Source of the DNA: Prochlorococcus sp. AG-363-P08
GTDB lineage: Bacteria > Cyanobacteriota > Cyanobacteriia > PCC-6307 > Cyanobiaceae
Length of the DNA: 64,000 nucleotides
Direction of reading: 5' to 3'
Assembly (NCBI GenBank): GCA_003278195.1
Contig: QCGE01000008.1
Span: forward strand, 10,249 to 74,248
The stretch's first letter is position 1, and every line of letters starts with the position of its first letter. Shown here in pieces: positions 18,303-26,018 of the stretch. The position numbers were made by a program, and so were the translations under genes. The notes below the pieces were generated by a model. That model did no database searches. It was not told the DNA's origin and saw only the letters and a program-made list of their open reading frames with translations.

Positions 18303-19514
18303 TTGACTGAGAATATATTTTTACCTCAAAGAAGATTTGGACGGACAGGTTTATCAATGCCTGTGTTGTCTTTGGGTGGCATGAGGTTTCAGCAGAGTTG
18401 GAATGATATTAATCTGACCAAGATTCAAAGTTCTAGTCAGAAAAAATTAGAAGGGATACTTAAAATTGCTGTTAAAAAAGGATTTCGCCATATAGAAACA
18501 GCAAGGCACTATGGTTCTTCTGAGTTACAGCTCGGTTTGACATTAGGCAATGCTCCCGATTCCAATAGGATTCTTCAAACAAAGGTGCCTCCAAGAGAAG
18601 ATTCAAAGGTTTTCGAAAGAGAATTAGAAATTAGTTTTGAGTATTTGAAATGTGAGTATTTAGATCTTCTGTCGATCCATGGTATTAATATCCCTGAACA
18701 TTTGGAGCAGATACTAAAGCCTAATGGCTGCATGGAAGTTGTTAGGAGATGGCAGGCTGATGGTCGAATTGGTCACGTAGGATTTTCAACTCATGCCCCA
18801 ACAGAGTTGATTGTTCAGGCGATTGAGACCAATGAATTTGATTATGTGAACTTGCATTGGTATTACATACGTCAAGATAATGACTTAGCCTTAGAGGCAG
18901 CTTTCAAGAGAGATCTTGGCGTTTTTATAATTAGTCCTACCGATAAGGGCGGCCATTTACACACACCTTCAAAAAAACTATTAGAACTTTGCTCTCCAAT
19001 TCATCCAATTATTTTTAACAACCTTTTTTGTCTAACTAATTCCTATATTCATACTATTAGTGTTGGGATTGCGCATCCAAATGATTTTGGACTTCATCTT
19101 GATTCTATAAGGCTTTTGCCAAAAGCAGATAACTTTCTTCCAGAAATTCAACGCCGATTACAGGAGGCTTCACGCATCGCACTTGGCGATGAATGGTTGT
19201 CCACCTGGATGATTGGTTTGCCATCCTGGAATGATTCACCTGGTGGAATCAATATTCCTATTTTGCTTTGGTTGCATAATTTGCTTGAGGCATGGGACAT
19301 GGAGAGTTATGCAAAAGCTCGTTATTCTTTGTTAGGTAAAGGTAGTCATTGGTTCCCAGGAAAAAATGCAGATATTTTGGATTCACATGTTAGTGAACAG
19401 GATTTAGATGATGCCCTAAGAAGCAGTCCTTGGCGGAAACAGATACCTTACTTACTTAGACGTTTACGAGAAAGGCTAGGAGGTTCTGTAGAACGGAGAC
19501 TCTCAAAGAGTTAA
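18303..19514 (+). CDS. aldo/keto reductase family oxidoreductase
   Basis: RRFGRTGLSMPVLSLGGMR, ETARHYGSSE and GHVGFSTH motifs. Confidence 0.88.
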   Translation: MTENIFLPQRRFGRTGLSMPVLSLGGMRFQQSWNDINLTKIQSSSQKKLEGILKIAVKKGFRHIETARHYGSSELQLGLTLGNAPDSNRILQTKVPPREDSKVFERELEISFEYLKCEYLDLLSIHGINIPEHLEQILKPNGCMEVVRRWQADGRIGHVGFSTHAPTELIVQAIETNEFDYVNLHWYYIRQDNDLALEAAFKRDLGVFIISPTDKGGHLHTPSKKLLELCSPIHPIIFNNLFCLTNSYIHTISVGIAHPNDFGLHLDSIRLLPKADNFLPEIQRRLQEASRIALGDEWLSTWMIGLPSWNDSPGGINIPILLWLHNLLEAWDMESYAKARYSLLGKGSHWFPGKNADILDSHVSEQDLDDALRSSPWRKQIPYLLRRLRERLGGSVERRLSKS

Positions 19515-20254
19515 TTGCTTAGAGGCTTTTTAGAAGGTATTCCATTCTTTCTTGGGTACTGGATTGGACAGGTTGCATTTGATTTTAGTCTTATTTGGTG
19601 ACGTACTCCTCTATTCGCAGGCAATTCGGTTCTTTCTATCTTGACAACTTTTGCCTTTAGAAAATCTAGTGTTTTATTTAATGCAATCCTATCATTATTG
19701 CTAAATTTTCCTCGATAGATTACTGCTTCTCCGTCGGATGTTATTAGAGGTATTAGATATTCTGCAACGACTGGCGCAGGTGCTACCGCTCTTGCCATGG
19801 CAATATGAAAAATACCTCTGCATTCTATATCTCTTCCTGTGGCCTCAGCGCGCTCATTTCGAATGCTAACCTGTGGACTTAGTCCAAGCTCATTTGTAAT
19901 TAATTTGATTACTTTTGTTTTTCTAGATGAAGAGTCGACCAGGGTAAGCTTTGTATTAGGAAGTGCGATTGCTAGCGCTAAACCAGGAAATCCACAGCCA
20001 GTCCCAATATCAATAAATTGATTATCTTCCCCAGGATTATTTAGTTCTTTTTTGAAGGGCCAAAGACTGTCATAGATTTGACCAATCCAATAATCCTCAT
20101 TTTTAATGAGCCTTGTTAGATTTACTTTTTTATTCCATTCTGAAATTAGCTTTTGTAAAGCGATCATTTGATCTAGCTGCGTTTTGGAGGGTATCCAAGA
20201 AAGCTTTTCCCATAGATCAAAACTGTTGTCTTTTAAGTCGATTTTAGTCAACAT
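19511..20254 (-). CDS. rsmG: 16S rRNA G527 N7-methyltransferase (GidB)
   Basis: WNKKVNLT, DIGTGCGFPG and ARAVA motifs. Confidence 0.95.
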   Translation of the reverse strand: MLTKIDLKDNSFDLWEKLSWIPSKTQLDQMIALQKLISEWNKKVNLTRLIKNEDYWIGQIYDSLWPFKKELNNPGEDNQFIDIGTGCGFPGLALAIALPNTKLTLVDSSSRKTKVIKLITNELGLSPQVSIRNERAEATGRDIECRGIFHIAMARAVAPAPVVAEYLIPLITSDGEAVIYRGKFSNNDRIALNKTLDFLKAKVVKIERTELPANRGVRHQIRLKSNATCPIQYPRKNGIPSKKPLSN

Positions 20255-20322
20255 TTTTGAAAAACTTTGATTTTTAGCTTTATTTTCGGCAGATTAAGAA
20301 TATACATGTTGTTACTTGCTAG

Positions 20323-20874
20323 TTGATTTTTGATTTGAGGAGTCCTCGAAGTCACTACGAACTATTGGGTGTTGATAACTCAGTTGATGCGGCCAGCTTG
20401 CGTAAGGCATTTCATCAATTAAGTAAGACAGTGCATCCTGATACGACTAGCCTCCCTAAAAATGAAGCAGCGGAAAGATTCCAAGCCTTATGTGAAGCTT
20501 ATGAGTTGTTATCTGATCCTAATCGGCGTAGTGCATATGATAATGAATTAGCTGAAAGAATAGATGGCAGAGAGGAATTCGAGCTTTCTAGCACCTTACG
20601 CCCAGCTTCTGCTAAAACGAGGAAAGTAGATGTACTTAGACCTTTCTCAGGAGGAGAATTGCTTTCATTGGTTCTTTTAGGCTTAGCTTTATCTTGCTGC
20701 CTATTACTTAGCATAATCTTTGCTTTTTTGAGTGGCAAAGACTTGCAGTTACTCCCAAGTTGGCTAATAGTTGATGAGACGACTATTAGTCAGGAAATTC
20801 AACCGATAAGTAAAGATGACATCGCTGCCTTCAGCTCAGACACCATTAAATCAGCACTCATTAATAGCTTTTGA
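20323..20874 (+). CDS. J-domain (DnaJ type III) membrane protein
   Basis: SHYELLGV...HPD...EAYELLSDPNRRSAYD, followed by a C-terminal hydrophobic helix. Confidence 0.88.
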   Translation: MIFDLRSPRSHYELLGVDNSVDAASLRKAFHQLSKTVHPDTTSLPKNEAAERFQALCEAYELLSDPNRRSAYDNELAERIDGREEFELSSTLRPASAKTRKVDVLRPFSGGELLSLVLLGLALSCCLLLSIIFAFLSGKDLQLLPSWLIVDETTISQEIQPISKDDIAAFSSDTIKSALINSF

Positions 20875-21082
20875 GGCTTGGTTACAGAGCTTAGGAGCTG
20901 AACGTAGTAAGAGAGATTTATGCTCATGGATTTTGTTAATGCCAAGTTGGTCAGCAGTAATTCAATTGGAGCAGGAAGAATTAAGAGTGACTTGGGAGAA
21001 AGAAGGTCTTACTAATCAGCGTTGTTTTAATTATGGATTACCTCGTAGTGATATTGAGGCAGCTATTAAAGATGGACCTTAA
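20816..21082 (+). CDS. DUF3143 family protein
   Basis: TPLNQHSL..E.WL..LG...YGLPRSDIEAAI.GP pattern. Confidence 0.75.
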   Translation: MTSLPSAQTPLNQHSLIAFEAWLQSLGAERSKRDLCSWILLMPSWSAVIQLEQEELRVTWEKEGLTNQRCFNYGLPRSDIEAAIKDGP

Positions 21083-21119
21083 AGCTTATCGATATTAATT
21101 TGGAATAACTAGATTTTTT

Positions 21120-22448
21120 CTATAAGCTTTCAAGACTTCTATTTATAGCCTGGTAACACTGTTCTAACTGTTCATCTGTTATGCAAAGAGGAGGCAATAG
21201 ATAAACAACATTTCCAAGAGGCCTTAGGAAAACCCCACTTTTTTTCGCTAGTTGCTTTATTACGGATCCAGCTTGATTCCAGTATCCGCTTTTCCCTTCA
21301 ACTTTTAACTCGAAGGCGGAAATAGTTCCAATTAATCTTGGCTTAATAATCTTTGGGTTCTTGGAGAGAGCTTGGAGGTGAACAGCATGCCTGCTTTCGA
21401 AATTCTCATAAATTTCCGGCGAAGCTTCTAGTAAATCCAAGCTCGCATTTGCTGCTGCACAACCAAGGGGGTTTGCAGTAAAACTGTGTCCATGCCATAA
21501 GGTTCTTTGCGGATCTGGACCCGTGAAGGATTGAAAGATTTCTTCGCTTGCCAAAGTCACTCCCATAGGAAGGAAGCCTCCTGTAAGTCCTTTAGATAGT
21601 GCGACTAGATCAGGTTTGATTCCTGCTCTTTGAAAAGCGAATAATTTCCCACATCGTCCAAAACCTGTCAGGACTTCATCTGCAATCAAAAGTGCGCCAG
21701 ATTCTTTGACAATGCTTGCTACTTCTTTAATGAAATCTCTTCTTACCATTCTCATTCCTCCTGCTCCTTGTATTAAAGGCTCAAGGATTACAGCTGCGGT
21801 TGGCTGTTTAAGAGAACTTTTTAGCTTTTCTAATGCCTGATTTTCGGTTGAATCAATATTGTCTTTGTCCCACCAGTAAGCAGGCCATGGAACTCTTGTT
21901 ACTGGGAAAAGCATTTCTTCAAAGGGAGCATTAAACAGATTGCGTTCGCCAACTGCCATAGCCCCAAACGTATCGCCGTGATAGGCCCCTTCAAATGCGA
22001 TTATTTGGTTTCTTCTCTCACAATTGTTTTGCCAAAATTGGCAGGCAATTTTCAGCGCAACTTCTACTGCTGTAGAGCCATTATCTGAAAAAAATAAGCG
22101 ATCTAGATTTGTTAATTTGCTTAATCGAGCCGCTATTTTTTCTGCTTGGGGATGAATGAAATCTGCAAAGATAACTTGTTCTAGTTCACAGGCTTGCTTT
22201 GCTATAGCTGATGATATATATGGATGGGAATGGCCATGTAGTGTAACCCACCAGCTACTGATTGCATCAACTAAAGTAGAGCCTGAATCGGTATATAAAA
22301 GGGCTCCTTTCCCACTAATTACTCGGTTTGGGGGATTAGCAATAGCGACTTGAGTAAAAGGAGGCCATAAATTTGGATGCCATTCCCCTTGGTTCTTTTG
22401 AGGCAATGGGTCTGAATTTTGCATATTTTGACTTTGTTTATTTATCAT
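21120..22448 (-). CDS. bioA: adenosylmethionine-8-amino-7-oxononanoate aminotransferase
   Basis: WPPFTQ, DAISSWWVTLHGH, DNGSTAVEVALK and SKGLTGG motifs. Confidence 0.96.
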   Translation of the reverse strand: MINKQSQNMQNSDPLPQKNQGEWHPNLWPPFTQVAIANPPNRVISGKGALLYTDSGSTLVDAISSWWVTLHGHSHPYISSAIAKQACELEQVIFADFIHPQAEKIAARLSKLTNLDRLFFSDNGSTAVEVALKIACQFWQNNCERRNQIIAFEGAYHGDTFGAMAVGERNLFNAPFEEMLFPVTRVPWPAYWWDKDNIDSTENQALEKLKSSLKQPTAAVILEPLIQGAGGMRMVRRDFIKEVASIVKESGALLIADEVLTGFGRCGKLFAFQRAGIKPDLVALSKGLTGGFLPMGVTLASEEIFQSFTGPDPQRTLWHGHSFTANPLGCAAANASLDLLEASPEIYENFESRHAVHLQALSKNPKIIKPRLIGTISAFELKVEGKSGYWNQAGSVIKQLAKKSGVFLRPLGNVVYLLPPLCITDEQLEQCYQAINRSLESL

Positions 22449-22487
22449 ATTGGCGATAATTTTTTATTAGAGAAGGAAATTTTATTG

Positions 22488-22643
22488 TTAAAGACATATA
22501 TCTTGGGATTTTTTTTTATTTTGACTAATTAGATTGCACTCAATTAGTTGGACTACATTTCCTTCAATATCTGTCAAAAGGATAAGTATCACTCCGCAGA
22601 ATGATGCTACTGCTATAGAGGCCCATATCTGTCGTTTGTTCAT
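22488..22643 (-). CDS. 51-aa putative membrane protein inside the bio operon, not in ORF track: MNKRQIWASIAVASFCGVILILLTDIEGNVVQLIECNLISQNKKKSQDICL
   Basis: ATG overlaps the bioD stop (ATGA); N-terminal hydrophobic helix; fills the bioD-bioA gap. Confidence 0.65.
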   Translation of the reverse strand: MNKRQIWASIAVASFCGVILILLTDIEGNVVQLIECNLISQNKKKSQDICL

Positions 22644-23305
22644 TCTGTTGTCTCTAACAAATTCAAAAAACTCTTGAAGTTAGAACGAGCTTTCTGTTGT
22701 TTCCATTGATCAGAAAGTGTTTTTGCGTTTAACAATGACATCATTGGTAGTTCTGCAATTACCGGTACATTTCCCATTTGCTCTAATGTTTTTGGGTTAT
22801 CTGGGTGTGGTGTCCCATTCAACACGATACCGAGTACTTGGATGGCTCGTTTGCGTAATGCTTCAAGACTAAGGAGGGTGTGGTTAAGGGTTCCAAGACC
22901 ACTTCTTCCGACAAGTATCACAGGTGCTTTCCAGGCTTCTAGTTGATCTATTTGTAGCCTTTGTCTGGTAAGAGGTACCATAAGTCCCCCGGCTGTTTCA
23001 ATGATAATTCTTTCTTCATGTTGAGGGATCTTTAATTGATGCGTATCGATAAGAGTATTTTCCATTTCAGCTGCCCAATGGGGTGAAACAGGTGCTTGGA
23101 ATTTGTAGGATTCTGGTAACCATCTGCCACTAGGAAGATTCAATAATCGACATACTTGACCAAGGTCTCCACCATTTTCAAGTCCGCTTTGGATTGGCTT
23201 CCAATAAGTTGCTTGTAATCCTTGAACAAGGAAAGCACTAACTATCGTTTTCCCAACATCTGTGTCAGTTCCACAGACAACAATGTTTTTGAATTTTGGA
23301 TTCAT
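22640..23305 (-). CDS. bioD: dethiobiotin synthase
   Basis: GTDTDVGKT, WKPIQSG, ETAGGLMVP and LGTLNHTLL motifs. Confidence 0.96.
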   Translation of the reverse strand: MNPKFKNIVVCGTDTDVGKTIVSAFLVQGLQATYWKPIQSGLENGGDLGQVCRLLNLPSGRWLPESYKFQAPVSPHWAAEMENTLIDTHQLKIPQHEERIIIETAGGLMVPLTRQRLQIDQLEAWKAPVILVGRSGLGTLNHTLLSLEALRKRAIQVLGIVLNGTPHPDNPKTLEQMGNVPVIAELPMMSLLNAKTLSDQWKQQKARSNFKSFLNLLETTE

Positions 23306-24054
23306 CGTTTAATTAACACTAGTTGTATTCTCCAGGTGAGGCTAACTTTATTTTCTAAAGATCTATCCCATGATTTGTACAGAATGCGCCAATCTCTTAT
23401 CCTCATTGGAGGCTTCTTACTGGCTTGAGCTCCTACTTTCCGAATGGCTGTAAAAAGAGAAGATACCTCTTTTGCAGATTCAGTGAAGTTGTGGAGTCTA
23501 TGATACTTAATACATTTTTTTGGGATATTACTTAGCAGAGAATGGCTTGAGGGGAAGCTCAACGCTGTGCATTCAACTTCTGCAAGTTTTGCGGCTTTAT
23601 GCCATTGGGGAAAACTTCCTTCAACTGGTACTGCTAAAGCCAGCCAGCCACCAGGTGTAATTGCTTGAAACCATTCATTTAGCCTTTCAACAGGATTTTC
23701 AAGCCAGTGAAGAGTAAAGCTTGAGGCAACTAACGTGGGAAATTCGTTGAAAGGGGGTATTCCAATATTCAGGTCCCATTGCTGAGAAGGGGAATCGCTT
23801 TTTTGCTGGTTCAACATTTCAGGGCTGCTATCAACTCTTAAAACCTTTTGGTTTGAATTTAAAAGCTCTAGAGCATCAGCCAGTAGACCAGTGCCAGCAC
23901 CTAAATCAACCCACAATCCATTTGGGACTTGATGAATCGAACAAAGCTTTGCAAGCCTCCATGCGATGGCTAGTTGTAATTTTGCATTTTGATTATAGAA
24001 ATCAGCTGCTAAATCAAAGTTTTTGATTACTACCTCTTGCCATTCTCTCGTCAT
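23302..24054 (-). CDS. bioC: malonyl-ACP O-methyltransferase (BioC-like)
   Basis: DLGAGTG SAM-binding motif and SSFTLHW; operon position; ATGA coupling at 24051-24054. Confidence 0.82.
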   Translation of the reverse strand: MTREWQEVVIKNFDLAADFYNQNAKLQLAIAWRLAKLCSIHQVPNGLWVDLGAGTGLLADALELLNSNQKVLRVDSSPEMLNQQKSDSPSQQWDLNIGIPPFNEFPTLVASSFTLHWLENPVERLNEWFQAITPGGWLALAVPVEGSFPQWHKAAKLAEVECTALSFPSSHSLLSNIPKKCIKYHRLHNFTESAKEVSSLFTAIRKVGAQASKKPPMRIRDWRILYKSWDRSLENKVSLTWRIQLVLIKR

Positions 24055-24767
24055 TGACTGCACTCCAACCAATGATGAACACGCTCTATAAGTTCATTGA
24101 CATTTAGTGCATGACCTTTTTTGGGAATAACCCAATGATGGTGATCTATCTCTAGATGCTTTGATAAGTCTTGAATTAGGATTTTCCGTGCTTCTGGTGA
24201 TACAATTGCATCTTTTTCTGCTTCAATTACAAGTATTCTTGCTTTAGGTGAAAGTCCATTAGGGAGAGAATTAGTTTCGATAAGTAAGTTTAGATCTTTT
24301 TCAAGTCTTTCTCTCCCACTCTTGGTAAGTCCTTTTTGAAAAGGTCCTTCTGGAATTGACTTAATTTTTTCAGGATAATATGTCCTTTTTAGGAACTTTT
24401 TGAACATTTTACTTTCATTATTAGTCCCAAGATTACTTTGCATCCCTTTCAGTGCTATTTCGAGAGCACGATTATCCATGCTTTTCGGAAGAAAACTACT
24501 GAAACTTGCAAGCAAAACAATATCAGTTGCTTCTGAAATTATTTGCTGATCTATAAGATGAGGCCCAAGGGAATGGGCAATTAAGACATTTTTTCCGCTT
24601 GGGTTATCTCGTGGCTCGGTATACCAAGTGGGAATCTTAAATGGTAGCTCTCCATAGCCCCTATCACCGCTTTGCCATGACCAATCATGGTTTTGGAAAT
24701 GATTTTCCCATGCTTTCCAATAGGAGCTGTCGCTCCCCCATCCATGCATAGCAATGATTTCCTTCAT
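24051..24767 (-). CDS. bioK: alpha/beta hydrolase, probable pimeloyl-ACP methyl ester esterase (BioK-type, BioH analogue)
   Basis: HGWG oxyanion motif, AHSLG nucleophile elbow, KDAIV and GHAL; lies between bioF and bioC. Confidence 0.72.
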   Translation of the reverse strand: MKEIIAMHGWGSDSSYWKAWENHFQNHDWSWQSGDRGYGELPFKIPTWYTEPRDNPSGKNVLIAHSLGPHLIDQQIISEATDIVLLASFSSFLPKSMDNRALEIALKGMQSNLGTNNESKMFKKFLKRTYYPEKIKSIPEGPFQKGLTKSGRERLEKDLNLLIETNSLPNGLSPKARILVIEAEKDAIVSPEARKILIQDLSKHLEIDHHHWVIPKKGHALNVNELIERVHHWLECSQ

Positions 24768-25903
24768 CCTTTTCTAAGGACCTCTAAGACATTTTCCAGG
24801 CTCTTTTTGGGCAAGTTTTTACGTATAGCAAGTCGGAGTCGTGATTTCCCTTCTGGAACAGTGGGAGGACGTATTGCCACACTTAGATAACCTTCTTTCT
24901 CTAGTTGATTTTGGCGGTATAAAGCTTCTTCGTCTGTACCTAAAATTATAGGAAGAATATGACTATTTACATTGGGCAGTTTCCATCCATCATGTTGAAG
25001 TTTAGTTAGCCAATTATTTGCATCTTTTTGTAGTTCTAGCCCCCAATCAGGATTAACTATTATCAGTTCTAAAGACGCTAATGCTGCAGCTGCTAATGGT
25101 GGGGCCAGAGCAGTTGTGTATCTAAATGCTCCACTCAGTTGTAAAAGTCTTTCACCTATTAGTTTATTTGTTGCTAGAAAAGCACCCCCTCCACCAAAGG
25201 CTTTCCCAAAAGTCCCACTAATCATTCTTAATGGCCCTAATATTCCATGACTTAATCCTTTCCCATCGGGCCCTAATATTCCTATTGCGTGTGCCTCATC
25301 AACTAATAAATTGGCTCCATATTTATCACAAATAGATGCCATCTTTGCAAGGTCTGGACTGGTTCCTTCCATGCTGAATAGGCTCTCGGTAAGTACTAGA
25401 GGTTGATGTTTTGGCTTGTTGTTGACACATCTACGGAGACACTTTTCCATGTCTTCAAGATCGTTATGTTTGAATCTCAGTAATTTGGCTCCGCTTGCTT
25501 TTGTTCCTATCAGAAGAGAGTGATGGCATAGTCGATCCGCTAATACAGGTGTATATCGATCAGCCAGGGCCATTACTGCTGCAAGGTTTGCCTGAAAACC
25601 ACTAGGAAAAAGAAAGACTTTTTCTCTGCCAAGCCAATTAGCTAGTCTTTCTTCAAGGGAATAATGTATTGATCGACTGCCTGTAATAAACCTAGAGCCC
25701 CCTGCTCCTACTCCGTCTGTGGTTAAGACAGCTTGGGCTGCTTTGATGATTTCAGGATGTCTGCTTAGGCCTAGATAATCATTGCTCGCCAGGTCTACAA
25801 GAGGTTTTTGTACCCCTTCTCCTATAGGCACCAACTCTGCTTCTCCAGGTCCTATAGACCAGCTCCTGATTGTCCTTCGCCTTGAACTGGGAATGCTATT
25901 CAT
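24764..25903 (-). CDS. bioF: 8-amino-7-oxononanoate synthase
   Basis: LASNDYLGL, ESLFSMEG, VDEAHAIG, TFGKAFG and IRPPTVP motifs. Confidence 0.95.
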   Translation of the reverse strand: MNSIPSSRRRTIRSWSIGPGEAELVPIGEGVQKPLVDLASNDYLGLSRHPEIIKAAQAVLTTDGVGAGGSRFITGSRSIHYSLEERLANWLGREKVFLFPSGFQANLAAVMALADRYTPVLADRLCHHSLLIGTKASGAKLLRFKHNDLEDMEKCLRRCVNNKPKHQPLVLTESLFSMEGTSPDLAKMASICDKYGANLLVDEAHAIGILGPDGKGLSHGILGPLRMISGTFGKAFGGGGAFLATNKLIGERLLQLSGAFRYTTALAPPLAAAALASLELIIVNPDWGLELQKDANNWLTKLQHDGWKLPNVNSHILPIILGTDEEALYRQNQLEKEGYLSVAIRPPTVPEGKSRLRLAIRKNLPKKSLENVLEVLRKG

Positions 25904-26018
25904 CGCTCTAGTCTGCCTTGAAGACCCTCTTGTTGAACTGTTTTCTAAAAACCATTTTTTCTTGTGGTTTTAAGTATGTTTTGACAGTGATTTTGAAGAG
26001 CTCATTAGGATTGCATGC

